Origin: Candidatus Latescibacterota bacterium
Lineage (GTDB): Bacteria; Latescibacterota; UBA2968
DNA length: 64,000 bases
Direction: 5' to 3'
Assembly: GCA_965204375.1 (NCBI GenBank)
Contig: OZ241986.1
Span: 96,001-160,000 of the forward strand
In this document: positions 1 to 9,177 of the stretch, in pieces
Layout of the letters: the number at the start of each line of letters is the position of its first letter
How positions within the stretch are numbered: the first letter of the stretch is position 1
The notes under the pieces: model-generated
Seen by the model: the letters and a program-made list of their open reading frames with translations, nothing else
The model's database searches: none
What the model was told of the DNA's origin: nothing
Made by a program: the position numbers and the translations under genes

Positions 1-1
1 T

Positions 2-244
2 GACAACGGCTGGTCGGGGATTGTCATAAATGGTGGTGTGCGCGATGTTTCTGACATTGCGAAAATTGATATAGGTGTCAAGGCGCGCTTTGCCGTGCCG
101 CGCCGTAGCCGAAAAGAAGGTAATGGCCGGCAGGATACGCCTCTTGCTTTTGCCGGTGTCACCTTTCTCCCGGGCGATTATCTCTACGCCGATGAAGATG
201 GGATCTTGATTGCTACGAGAGATTTGTTAGACGCGCAGGATTGA
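2..244 (+). CDS. rraA: RraA/HMG aldolase family protein (5' partial)
   Basis: Frame from base 2 reads DNGWSGIVINGGVRD...PGDYLYADEDGILI, the typical RraA C-terminal half. Confidence 0.75.
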   Translation, partial: DNGWSGIVINGGVRDVSDIAKIDIGVKARFAVPRRSRKEGNGRQDTPLAFAGVTFLPGDYLYADEDGILIATRDLLDAQD

Positions 245-270
245 CCTGCAATTACATATGGAGACAAAAT

Positions 271-1638
271 ATGCCGCAGACAGATCGACCCAATATCCTC
301 TTTATTATGGACGACCAGCATCGTTTTGATTACATGGGCTGTGCAGGTGCTGATTTTGTTCGCACGCCCAATATTGACCGCCTGGCAAAGCAGGGGGTGC
401 ATTTTACCCAATGCACGACAAATTGCCCTGTTTGCGCGCCTTCGCGCATTGCTCTGGCTTCTGGCATGCAGCCCTCGCGCCTCGGTTGCGTTGGGAACAA
501 TTGCTTCTTGCCTCGCAGCCAACCGACTTATTATCAGCAATTGCGCGATTACAATTATTACGTGGGGTGTGTAGGCAAGCTCGATCTGGCCAAACCCGAT
601 GGGTACAATGGGCGCGATGGCGATAGGCCCGCTACGTATATGTGGGGCTTTACCCATCCGGTCGAATGCGAGGGCAAAATGCACGCTGGGCATTCCAAAA
701 CACCGCAGGGCCCTTATAACCACTTTTTGGAGGAAAGAGGGTTGCTCGGTGCTTTTGTCGATGATTATACCCGTCGCTCCAAAGAGGGTTATCACGCTTC
801 CTGTCACGATTCGGTCTTACCCACCGAGGCTTTTGAGGATGTGTATATTGGACAGCGATCTGTCGAGTGGATTGAGAATATTCCCGGGGATTTTCCCTGG
901 CATTTATTTGTGAGCTTTGTGGGGCCTCACGATCCTTTTGATCCGCCAGCCGAATATGGAGAGAAGTACCGCGATGCAGAGATGCCACCCGCTACGCCTG
1001 CAAATTTGCCGGGTAAACCCGCGTATTTAAAAGATCGCATCAAAGATATGACCCCGGAAAAAATCGCAGAGGCTCGGCGGCAATATTGCGCGGCTATTGA
1101 AGTTATTGACGATCAGATTGGCGAGATGCTCGCGGCAGTGGAACGGCGGGGGATGACCGATAATACGTATGTCATCTTTTCCAGTGATCACGGAGAAATG
1201 CTGGGCGATCACGGTTTGTACACCAAAAGCGTGCCTTACGAAGCGTCGGTACACGTTCCGCTTATTGTTGCGGGTCCCGGTATTGAAGGTGGTCGCGTAT
1301 CCGACGCGCTCGTTGAACTCATTGACATGAATCCCACGATCTGTGATCTCGCAGGCGTGCCTCCGCTTTCGGATATCGATGCGCGATCAATTGGCGCGGT
1401 GCTTCGCGGAGAGGCAGAGGAACACCGCACGGAAACCGTGAGTGGGATACAAAATTTCAGGTGTATCCGTACGCGGGAGTACAAATTGGTGGAGAACTAC
1501 AACGATGTTACGGAACTCTACGATTTGATCGCTGATCCCACGGAAGAACACAATATTGCCGAACAGGAGCCAGAGGTACGGCGCGAATTGTCTCGCCGTC
1601 TCTCAGCGCGTTATTTAGAAGGCACATGGTATCGGTAG
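271..1638 (+). CDS. Sulfatase (Cys-type, FGly-dependent)
   Basis: PNILFIMDDQHR, CAPSR (CxPxR), GK, PHDP, SDHG motifs; ATG at 271 after GGAG. Confidence 0.92.
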   Translation: MPQTDRPNILFIMDDQHRFDYMGCAGADFVRTPNIDRLAKQGVHFTQCTTNCPVCAPSRIALASGMQPSRLGCVGNNCFLPRSQPTYYQQLRDYNYYVGCVGKLDLAKPDGYNGRDGDRPATYMWGFTHPVECEGKMHAGHSKTPQGPYNHFLEERGLLGAFVDDYTRRSKEGYHASCHDSVLPTEAFEDVYIGQRSVEWIENIPGDFPWHLFVSFVGPHDPFDPPAEYGEKYRDAEMPPATPANLPGKPAYLKDRIKDMTPEKIAEARRQYCAAIEVIDDQIGEMLAAVERRGMTDNTYVIFSSDHGEMLGDHGLYTKSVPYEASVHVPLIVAGPGIEGGRVSDALVELIDMNPTICDLAGVPPLSDIDARSIGAVLRGEAEEHRTETVSGIQNFRCIRTREYKLVENYNDVTELYDLIADPTEEHNIAEQEPEVRRELSRRLSARYLEGTWYR

Positions 1639-1647
1639 GAGAGAATC

Positions 1648-2631
1648 GTGAAATACACCAAACTTCCCGGTACGGATATCGATGTCTCTGTTATTGCTCT
1701 GGGCTGCTGGCCTTTTGCTGGTGGTGATGTCTGGGGTGAGCAAGATGACGATGTATCTATCGCGACGGTGCATGCCGCGCTCGATGCGGGTATCACCTTT
1801 TTTGATACGGCAGAAGGCTATGGCAAGTCCGAACGCGTGCTTGGACAGGGCCTCAAAGGTCGTAGGCAAGACGCGGTGATCGCCACCAAGGTTGGCGGCG
1901 GTCATCTTTCTTCCGATGATTTGCCCAAAGCCTGCGAACAAAGCCTGAAAAGTCTGCAAACAGATTATATCGATTTGTACCAAATTCACTGGCCCAATCA
2001 CAATATTCCCATCGCAGAAACAGCAAGCGCGCTTCAGCGTCTCCGCGATCAGGGAAAAATTCGGGCTATTGGCGTTTGCAATTTTGCCTGTGGCGATTTG
2101 CGCGACTTGCTTGCTGTTGCGGATATTGTCACCAATCAGTTGTCCTTTAGCTTGCTCTGGCGCGTTATTGAACGCGAGATTCAGCCGATGTGTTTGGAGA
2201 ACAATATTGGCATTATCTGTTATAGCCCGCTGATGCAGGGGTTGCTTACCGGACGTTATGCCTCTGCGGTTGATGTGCCAGATGGTCTGGCGCGAACCCG
2301 CCTGTTTTCGGATGACCGCCCCATGGCCAGACACGGTGAAGAAGGCTGTGAGGCCGAAGTGTTTGAGGCGCTGAAAAAAATTCGCGATGTTGCCGATGAA
2401 GCAGGTGTTGCAATGGCAGAGATTGCCCTTGCCTGGGCACTGCAACAACCCGGTATTACATCGCTTCTGGTGGGTGCGAGAAATCCCGATGAAGTGCAAT
2501 GGAATCTTCCTTCGGTTGATCTCGCATTGTCAGAAGATATATTGCAACGCTTATCTGAGATCACAGAAGGTGTTAAAGACAAACTCGGCAATAATCCCGA
2601 TATGTGGATGTCGGAGTCGAGGATGAGGTGA
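1648..2631 (+). CDS. Aldo/keto reductase
   Basis: FFDTAEGYG, IATKV, DYIDLYQIHWP, GKIRAIGV, YSPLMQGLLTG. Confidence 0.92.
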   Translation: MKYTKLPGTDIDVSVIALGCWPFAGGDVWGEQDDDVSIATVHAALDAGITFFDTAEGYGKSERVLGQGLKGRRQDAVIATKVGGGHLSSDDLPKACEQSLKSLQTDYIDLYQIHWPNHNIPIAETASALQRLRDQGKIRAIGVCNFACGDLRDLLAVADIVTNQLSFSLLWRVIEREIQPMCLENNIGIICYSPLMQGLLTGRYASAVDVPDGLARTRLFSDDRPMARHGEEGCEAEVFEALKKIRDVADEAGVAMAEIALAWALQQPGITSLLVGARNPDEVQWNLPSVDLALSEDILQRLSEITEGVKDKLGNNPDMWMSESRMR

Positions 2632-2636
2632 GAGGT

Positions 2637-2670
2637 ATCCGCAGATGGACGCAGATGGGCACAGATGAAA
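2637..2670 (+). repeat. 10-bp tandem repeat (RCAGATGRRM x3), CAGATG family
   Basis: ATCC-GCAGATGGAC-GCAGATGGGC-ACAGATGAAA, 5 nt after the stop at 2631. Confidence 0.85.
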
Positions 2671-2690
2671 GGCAAGGAGGTGAGGGGGGC

Positions 2691-2711
2691 ATCTCACTTT
2701 TTACGTTTTAC
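2691..2711 (-). repeat. 7-bp tandem repeat (GTRARAN family)
   Basis: Minus strand reads GTAAAAC-GTAAAAA-GTGAGAT. Confidence 0.55.
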
Positions 2712-2796
2712 GTCTGCCCCTTTGTTTGAAACAAATTTTACTCGTATTTGTCTCATTTTTTAGATACGCTACGTTAGAAAAGATCAGGAGGCTCCC

Positions 2797-3144
2797 ATGG
2801 CTCATCTTCAGATTGACGACCCGGAAACATTTTTTCGCACCTTTGCAGATCTTTTGGCTGCTGGCGAAGACGACAAGCACATGGCCCGAAAATTGGGATG
2901 CTCGCGGGGCGAAAGCAAGCGGAGGCGGCAGGCATTTCAAAAGGGAGGCATTGTGACGGAAAAGGGCGTATCAAAAGAAAAATTGGATGCGTGGCTGTTT
3001 TCAAGTGACGGTCAGCGCGCACAACGCCAGTGGGAAGGCCATCACAGACGACAACAGGCTATGGGGGCAACGGGTACCAAACCACAAAAGGGATTTCGCA
3101 GACAACCCGAGGTCAAGCGCGGCTGGATGCGACAAAAGATTTGA
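2797..3144 (+). CDS. Hypothetical basic protein, possible HTH
   Basis: AGGAGG SD before ATG; DKHMARKLGCSRGESKRR is HTH-like; Arg/Lys/Gln-rich tail. Confidence 0.65.
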   Translation: MAHLQIDDPETFFRTFADLLAAGEDDKHMARKLGCSRGESKRRRQAFQKGGIVTEKGVSKEKLDAWLFSSDGQRAQRQWEGHHRRQQAMGATGTKPQKGFRRQPEVKRGWMRQKI

Positions 3145-3323
3145 GGTAGTACACAATATCAATAGTTCGGACACTTTTTGCAAATTCGGCCTAATTCGAT
3201 AAACGTTATCGTTCTAAGTATTTAAAAAACAACAATTTAATCGCCTCAGCCGTCAATTCCGTAAACTCATAAAAAACAACAAGTTATAAAAACTATCCAC
3301 AGTGTTGAATATATCAGTTTAAT

Positions 3324-3357
3324 AAAAAGGCCGATGGGCAATATCCATCGGCCTTTG
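3324..3357. terminator. Bidirectional intrinsic terminator
   Basis: AAAAAGGCCGATGG-loop-CCATCGGCCTTT between convergent genes. Confidence 0.8.
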
Positions 3358-3374
3358 TTATTTTTTTGGATCGC

Positions 3375-4349
3375 TCACCGCTCGTCGCGTTTTAAGTCCA
3401 GCCAATCGAGCTCTTCCCGTGTGAGTTTCAAGTTGAGGGCTTCGATATTGGCCTTGCACTCATCGGGATGGAATACGCCGATTAATGAAAAGAGATTCAA
3501 GGGCTGATTCAGGTTGAATGCCAGCGCGATTTGCGGTACGGTCAGTCCTTTTTCTTTCGCCAGTTCTCCCGCGCGGTCCAGACGTTTGAAATTTTGTTCG
3601 TAACAATAGGCTTCGACACAGGAACCCGGTAGATTTGCTTTGTAGTCTTCAAATGTGTCGCGCGTAAATCTGCCAGAGAAAAATCCCTGTGCGAGACTCG
3701 ACCAGGTAAATAGGGGCATGTTTTGTTCTGCATACCAGGCGCGATCCGCCTCGTTGTCAGGTCCACTGATGCTGATACAGCCTCTCCAGGGTTCTTTCAC
3801 CTGTTCTGCAAGGCTGTAATTGGGGCTGCTCACGGTGAATGGTTCCAGATTGTGCTTATATGCGTATTCATTGGCTTCTTGTATGCGCGGCACGGTCCAG
3901 TTTGATCCGCCAAATAGTCCGATTCGACCCGCTGCCTTGTGTTCGTTTAGTATCTCTACTATGGGGCCAACTTCGACATTGGGATCATCGCGGTGCAATA
4001 CGTAGATGTCGATAAAATTCGTTCGGCAACGTTCCAGAGAAGTGGTCAGGTCTGCAGTAATATCAGGCGGGGTGACTTTATTTTTTTTCCCAGTATGATG
4101 TGCGCCCTTTGTCAATATGACGGCTTCGTCGTGCAGGCCGCGCTCGTCGAGCCATTGGCCCAGAACGCGCTCACACTGCCCGCCACCGTAAATATATGCT
4201 CCGTCAAAGCCGTTGACGCCGAGTGCCCATACGCCGTCTAACAGGTCAAATGATTCTTGCAGGTCGTCTTCGCGCAACATCATTGTACCTTGTAAAATGC
4301 GCGAAATTTTTTTGTCCATTCCTTCAATTGTGCCGTATTCCATTGGCAT
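3375..4349 (-). CDS. Aldo/keto reductase
   Basis: FDGAYIYG, ILTKG, IDIYVLHRDD, WSSLAQGF. Confidence 0.9.
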   Translation of the reverse strand: MPMEYGTIEGMDKKISRILQGTMMLREDDLQESFDLLDGVWALGVNGFDGAYIYGGGQCERVLGQWLDERGLHDEAVILTKGAHHTGKKNKVTPPDITADLTTSLERCRTNFIDIYVLHRDDPNVEVGPIVEILNEHKAAGRIGLFGGSNWTVPRIQEANEYAYKHNLEPFTVSSPNYSLAEQVKEPWRGCISISGPDNEADRAWYAEQNMPLFTWSSLAQGFFSGRFTRDTFEDYKANLPGSCVEAYCYEQNFKRLDRAGELAKEKGLTVPQIALAFNLNQPLNLFSLIGVFHPDECKANIEALNLKLTREELDWLDLKRDER

Positions 4350-4353
4350 AATA

Positions 4354-5340
4354 TTATTCCCTTTCCATCGGATATTTCAATCCCCATTGTTCCCGAATCG
4401 CGTCCAGTGTCTGCATATTGGCAAGCGTATCGTCGTGTGACATGAGATCGCTTTCCAGCTTGCCTTCTCTTACGCAGCGGGCCACTTCGGCAGCTTCACA
4501 CTCGTATCCATTGCCAGCACATTCCAGTGTCACCTCTTCCTCTTTATCGCCGGCGGATAGGATTGCAGTGCGTCCGTCCCAAAACTTCGGTACTGTGATC
4601 ATGCCATCTGTGCCCAGGATTTTTGCCTCGTGCGGGGTCTTGATTCGCACGCCACATGAGATCAATGCGAGTTGTCCTTTGTCGTAGCCAAATACCATAG
4701 CCGCCTGTTCATCTACTCCGGTTTCGCCAATATGCGCCTGGCTCGAAATGGTGGCAGGTTGTGTGTCGAAGATCATAGACGCATAAGAGATGGGATAGAT
4801 TCCGATATCGAGCAGGCCACCGCCGCCGAGTGCGAGATCGAATAAGCGGCCTTTGGGATTGAGACGGGCGCGAAATCCAAAATCGGCGTATAACATCCGC
4901 ACTTCGCCAATCGCGCCGTCTGTGACCCACGTCTTTACGTGTTTGGTGATGGGCAAAAATCGGGTCCACATGGCTTCCATCAAAAACACGTCTTCGCTAC
5001 GGGCGACTTCGATAACTTCTCTGGCTTCGTGCTGGTTGATTGTAAATGGTTTTTCGCACAACACGGGTTTGCCCGCTTTCAGGCATAAGATACTGTTCTC
5101 TTTGTGAAAGGGGTGGGGCGTTGCCACATAAACCGCATCGACTTCTGGATCTTCGGCGAGTGCTTCATAAGAGGCGTGGCGATTGGGTACATCATACGTA
5201 TCGGCAAAGGCGTCGGCGCGATCCTGATTGCGCGATCCCACGGCGACGAGTTGTGCATCGTCGAGTGCGCGCAATCCCGTGGCGAACTTGTGTGCAATAC
5301 TGCCGGGACCGATAATGCCCCAGCGAAAAATATCACTCAT
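4354..5340 (-). CDS. Gfo/Idh/MocA family oxidoreductase
   Basis: True start MSDIFRWGIIGPGSIA at 5340; VYVATPH, LCEKP, EAMWTRF, GGGLLDIGIY. Confidence 0.92.
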   Translation of the reverse strand: MSDIFRWGIIGPGSIAHKFATGLRALDDAQLVAVGSRNQDRADAFADTYDVPNRHASYEALAEDPEVDAVYVATPHPFHKENSILCLKAGKPVLCEKPFTINQHEAREVIEVARSEDVFLMEAMWTRFLPITKHVKTWVTDGAIGEVRMLYADFGFRARLNPKGRLFDLALGGGGLLDIGIYPISYASMIFDTQPATISSQAHIGETGVDEQAAMVFGYDKGQLALISCGVRIKTPHEAKILGTDGMITVPKFWDGRTAILSAGDKEEEVTLECAGNGYECEAAEVARCVREGKLESDLMSHDDTLANMQTLDAIREQWGLKYPMERE

Positions 5341-5357
5341 TGTTGATCCTTTTCTTA

Positions 5358-6086
5358 TCAGGAGGTTGAAAATAGAACATACAAAATCATGCGTACGGCG
5401 AGCAGTGTTACCAGCCACTGCAAAAGCACGCGAAAATGGTGCTCGGGCACGCGCCCGCGAATCAGGGTTCCCAGGTAAGACCCAAGAGATGCCGAGGCGA
5501 TCATGCCAACGACCAATTTCCAATACGGTGCAAAGACAAATCCCAAAAACCCAAATGTCAAAATTTTCATCGCATGGCTCGATGCCATCTGAACCGAATG
5601 CGTGATTACCGTGCGATCTCGGGGCAGGTTTTCTCGCAGGAGAAATGGCATATTGAGCGGACCACTTACACCCAAAAACAAGGACAAAGCGGTTTGAAAA
5701 GCACCCAGAAGTGTGAATTTTGCGGGTAAATCGGGCGCGCGGGAAAATTTGGGCATCCATGTGATGATTAAAATAAAAATGCCCAAAAAGAGGGGCATGA
5801 CTTCCCATTCTAAGTCGGCAATAAAACGAGAACCCAACACGGCGCCAATCACTGTTCCGGTCGCGTATTGCCCCACAAGACGCCATTCGGTATGCTTGAG
5901 GCCAATGAGCGCGCGGCTCAAATTGCTGGCGATTTGCACCAGTCCGTGAACCGGGATAATCGCCGCAGCGGGGAGGAAACCCGGCATAATCGCAATGAGA
6001 ACAACGCCGCCGCCAACGCCTCCCACAGCCGCGATCATCGATGTTATACACGCCGCCCCGATTAAAAACCAATCTGTTATCTCCAT
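5358..6086 (-). CDS. TauE/SafE (TSUP) sulfite-exporter-family membrane protein
   Basis: GVGGGVVL motif, about 8 hydrophobic helices, two-repeat TSUP layout. Confidence 0.85.
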   Translation of the reverse strand: MEITDWFLIGAACITSMIAAVGGVGGGVVLIAIMPGFLPAAAIIPVHGLVQIASNLSRALIGLKHTEWRLVGQYATGTVIGAVLGSRFIADLEWEVMPLFLGIFILIITWMPKFSRAPDLPAKFTLLGAFQTALSLFLGVSGPLNMPFLLRENLPRDRTVITHSVQMASSHAMKILTFGFLGFVFAPYWKLVVGMIASASLGSYLGTLIRGRVPEHHFRVLLQWLVTLLAVRMILYVLFSTS

Positions 6087-6093
6087 GCACTCA

Positions 6094-7527
6094 TCACCAG
6101 GTCATATAGTGCGTCACAGGCTCACCCTGTTTGGCGGTAAAGCGATCATACTTCGGATGGATGAAATCTTCGGTTGCATCCATGTGGGCGTAAAAAGCTC
6201 GCGTCATCTCTTTCCTTTTTTGCGGCTGTGTATCGTATAAGTTGTCCAGTTCATAGGGATCGTCGATTAGATTGTACAACTCGCCGTAATTTTTTGTTGG
6301 ATAGTGAATATATTTCCATTCTCGCGTGCGTATGCAGCGTTTATCGACTGCTTCGGCAAAAATTACGTCTCGTATTTTCGATTGTTCGCCGTTCATCAGC
6401 GGCGATAAATCCAGGCCCTGTACGCATTCAGGCGCGTCAAAATCCGCCAACTGCGCGATTGTGGGAAATAGATCTACGGTTTCGGTCAGGGCGTCGCAGT
6501 CGCTGCCGGCACGACCGGGCACGGCAATAAAACACGGTATATGTAACATGCAGTCGAGGAGAAATGGCGCTTTGGCCGGGATACCGTGATCGCCTAAAAA
6601 TTCACCGTGGTCCGATAGAAAGATCACGATGGTCTCATCCGCCACGCCTTTTTTTTCCAGTGTTTCAAGGATTAGCCCTACTTGATGGTCAATTTGCGAT
6701 ACCATGCCGTAATACGCCGCCTTCATCTTGCGGAATATCTCGTCGGGAGCCTGGTCAAATCCGCAGTATTTGTGGTGTCCTGCTTTGAAATACAAACCGT
6801 ATTCGGGCGGTTTTTTTGCAATATCGTCTTCTGCGCGTCGAAAGGGTGGCATCGCATTGGGATCGTACATATTTGCAAAGCGTCCTGAAGGGACATAGGG
6901 ATGGTGGGGTCCGTAGAATCCCACCCATAAGAAAAAGGGATTGCTCGTTTCCAGACTTTCGAGGTATTCAATGCTTTTCATTCCCACATAGGCATCGATG
7001 TGGCAATCTTCGGGGAGATCGGATGGCACGGCGCCGAGGTTTTTGCGAAAATTGGGCAGGGCATATCCCGTTTTATACTCGTATCCCCGATCGCGAACAT
7101 ATTGTTCAAATTGATTGGGATCGGTGACTGTATAATCCCCATCTGCGCGCTCTTTCCATCCCCGCCGTATTCCCACAGCGTCCATGTGGTCGAGTTTTTC
7201 CCGAAAACGCTGCTGTCCAATGCCGTGTTTGCCCACGCTGGCGGTTGTATAGCCCTGGTTTTTGAACGATTCTACCATTGTAATTTCATTTTCGTTGAGC
7301 TTTGACCCATTCCATTTGACGCCGTGATTTTTGGGATAACGCCCGGTCATAAATGTCGCACGCGACGGTGAACACACGGGGTTTTGCACAAAGCAGTTTG
7401 AAAATCGCGTGCTCCTCTCAGATAAGGCGTCAATCGCAGGCGTTTGTATGACGCGATCCCCTGTGTATCCCAGCGTATCATATCGCAAATGGTCTGTTGT
7501 TATAAATACAATATTGGGTCGTTTCAT
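6094..7527 (-). CDS. Sulfatase (Cys-type)
   Basis: PNIVFITTDHLR, CSPSR, VGKH, PHHP, SDHG; GAGG SD before ATG at 7527. Confidence 0.92.
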   Translation of the reverse strand: MKRPNIVFITTDHLRYDTLGYTGDRVIQTPAIDALSERSTRFSNCFVQNPVCSPSRATFMTGRYPKNHGVKWNGSKLNENEITMVESFKNQGYTTASVGKHGIGQQRFREKLDHMDAVGIRRGWKERADGDYTVTDPNQFEQYVRDRGYEYKTGYALPNFRKNLGAVPSDLPEDCHIDAYVGMKSIEYLESLETSNPFFLWVGFYGPHHPYVPSGRFANMYDPNAMPPFRRAEDDIAKKPPEYGLYFKAGHHKYCGFDQAPDEIFRKMKAAYYGMVSQIDHQVGLILETLEKKGVADETIVIFLSDHGEFLGDHGIPAKAPFLLDCMLHIPCFIAVPGRAGSDCDALTETVDLFPTIAQLADFDAPECVQGLDLSPLMNGEQSKIRDVIFAEAVDKRCIRTREWKYIHYPTKNYGELYNLIDDPYELDNLYDTQPQKRKEMTRAFYAHMDATEDFIHPKYDRFTAKQGEPVTHYMTW

Positions 7528-7538
7528 TATCGCATACC

Positions 7539-8279
7539 TCATAGCAAATCATTGCTTAAAATTGTTGGGCACCAGAATTTTTCAATAAATGAGATTACCA
7601 GTTGCGTGCCCGCTTCATGGCTCACATAAGGCGGCTTTGCGGGGTTGTACATCGCATCGGTCAAATCTCGAATGAGCGCGACCTGAATGCCCCAGCGCGT
7701 CATTTGTTTGATCGCAAACGTGCGATGCAGTACACACATGTTGGTATGCACGCCCATGATGAGCATTTTGTCGATTTCCCGATGCTGCATATAGCTGTAA
7801 ATTTCGTGCCCCTGATCGGAAATAATATCCCGTTCCTGGTCAATATCTATCCCCGCGTGTTGCCGCGTCCAGACCTGCGTGTTGATTTTCTTGGGGTCTT
7901 CGCCTGTATCTGATCCGCCATCAGAATCGTCGATCGGCAGTGGGGGATCAGCGAGATCCAAATTTTCAGGGGGTTCAACTGGTGGGACATCCAATACCCG
8001 TCTCCGCGCTGGCGTATTGGCGTAAACATCAAGTGTTCCCGAGGGGGCGTGAATAATGGTCACACCTTGCTTTCGCGCGCTTTGCACAACGGCGTTCATG
8101 CGGGGAATCATCGCTTCTAATCGCTTGACCGCACCGCGACACCAGTGATTATTCCACACATCGCATAACAACAGGACTGTTTGCTCGGGAGGCCAATAGA
8201 CGCGTTCTGTTATTGTTTCCCAAACCGTATGTTCACTGTCATCCCACAATAAGGACTGATGCTGCACGGTTAGATTCAT
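7539..8279 (-). CDS. Isochorismatase/cysteine hydrolase family protein
   Basis: LLLCDVWNNHWC, IIHAPS, GVHTNMCV; GGAGG SD before ATG at 8279. Confidence 0.8.
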   Translation of the reverse strand: MNLTVQHQSLLWDDSEHTVWETITERVYWPPEQTVLLLCDVWNNHWCRGAVKRLEAMIPRMNAVVQSARKQGVTIIHAPSGTLDVYANTPARRRVLDVPPVEPPENLDLADPPLPIDDSDGGSDTGEDPKKINTQVWTRQHAGIDIDQERDIISDQGHEIYSYMQHREIDKMLIMGVHTNMCVLHRTFAIKQMTRWGIQVALIRDLTDAMYNPAKPPYVSHEAGTQLVISFIEKFWCPTILSNDLL

Positions 8280-8299
8280 CGTGCCCTCCATATCAAAGA

Positions 8300-9121
8300 T
8301 CAGGTTTCCCACACCAACCGAGGCCCCTCGTCCATCCCGCATACCACTCCCAATTGTCTCTCGCGCTGATAGCCCAGACAATGAGAAACATACGTCACAT
8401 CCTCGATTTCTCGACACCGATTGCGATGCTGATGACCGTATATGTGAATCGATGAACCGAGTTTTCGCAATAGGCGATCTAAGGCCCTTGTGCCAGCCAC
8501 CCGACTGAAATTGAAATTCGACGCGCTCGTCAATGGACGCGGGCGAGAAGCGGAATGGGACCTGCCAAAGATCAACTCCCGTCTGGGCAAAAAGTGGCTA
8601 AAGGTAATGACTGGCCCATCGCCCTGAACAGGCGCGGTATTTTGGGCGAGCATATAGCGCGCAATGGATCGCTCACCCTCGGTCCAGCGAATCAGACGGT
8701 TGTCCGCCCACATGTGCAAGGCTGCGTCTTCTCCTTCCTGGGGCACGTACAAACTGTCGGTACTTTCTTCGGGTTTTTCATACCACGACAAAAGCGGTAC
8801 AATTTGTACACCCGGCAATTGCGCCCACGAGGTTTCTATGTCCAACACGTTGCACAAAGCCATAAGCGCGTGGAATTTCTCCAACGAGTCACATCGCTCA
8901 TTGGGCCTCACCCACAAATCGTGATTGCCCGGTACAAAAAAAACGCGTGCAAATTTTTGCTTCAGTCCGCACAGGGTATCGCGCATCGGGTCGGCGCGGT
9001 GAGTTACATCTCCGGCCACAATCACCACATCATCGGTAAAATCGCAATTGGAAAGCCGCTGCACCCACCGATGGTTTTCCTTGTAATCGATGTGCAAATC
9101 AGAAATGGCAAAAACGCGCAT
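8300..9121 (-). CDS. Calcineurin-like metallophosphoesterase
   Basis: SDLH, AGD, GNHD, SHF, GHQH motifs. Confidence 0.9.
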   Translation of the reverse strand: MRVFAISDLHIDYKENHRWVQRLSNCDFTDDVVIVAGDVTHRADPMRDTLCGLKQKFARVFFVPGNHDLWVRPNERCDSLEKFHALMALCNVLDIETSWAQLPGVQIVPLLSWYEKPEESTDSLYVPQEGEDAALHMWADNRLIRWTEGERSIARYMLAQNTAPVQGDGPVITFSHFLPRRELIFGRSHSASRPRPLTSASNFNFSRVAGTRALDRLLRKLGSSIHIYGHQHRNRCREIEDVTYVSHCLGYQRERQLGVVCGMDEGPRLVWET

Positions 9122-9177
9122 GGGTTATCCAGTTGAAATAGCCACAGAAGGCATAAAAATCACAAAAGAAATCGCGC

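Noticed and set aside
3293-3301. oriC based on a DnaA-box-like CTATCCACA
   Set aside because: Single mismatched box, no cluster, no dnaA/dnaN/gidA context
5341-6090. 250-codon N-terminal extension of the Gfo/Idh/MocA ORF overlapping tauE in another frame (578-aa ORF)
   Set aside because: Stops in this frame need T followed by K/N/D/E/R/S codons, which are scarce in a hydrophobic membrane gene. The extension is not protein-like and a good SD and ATG exist at 5340.
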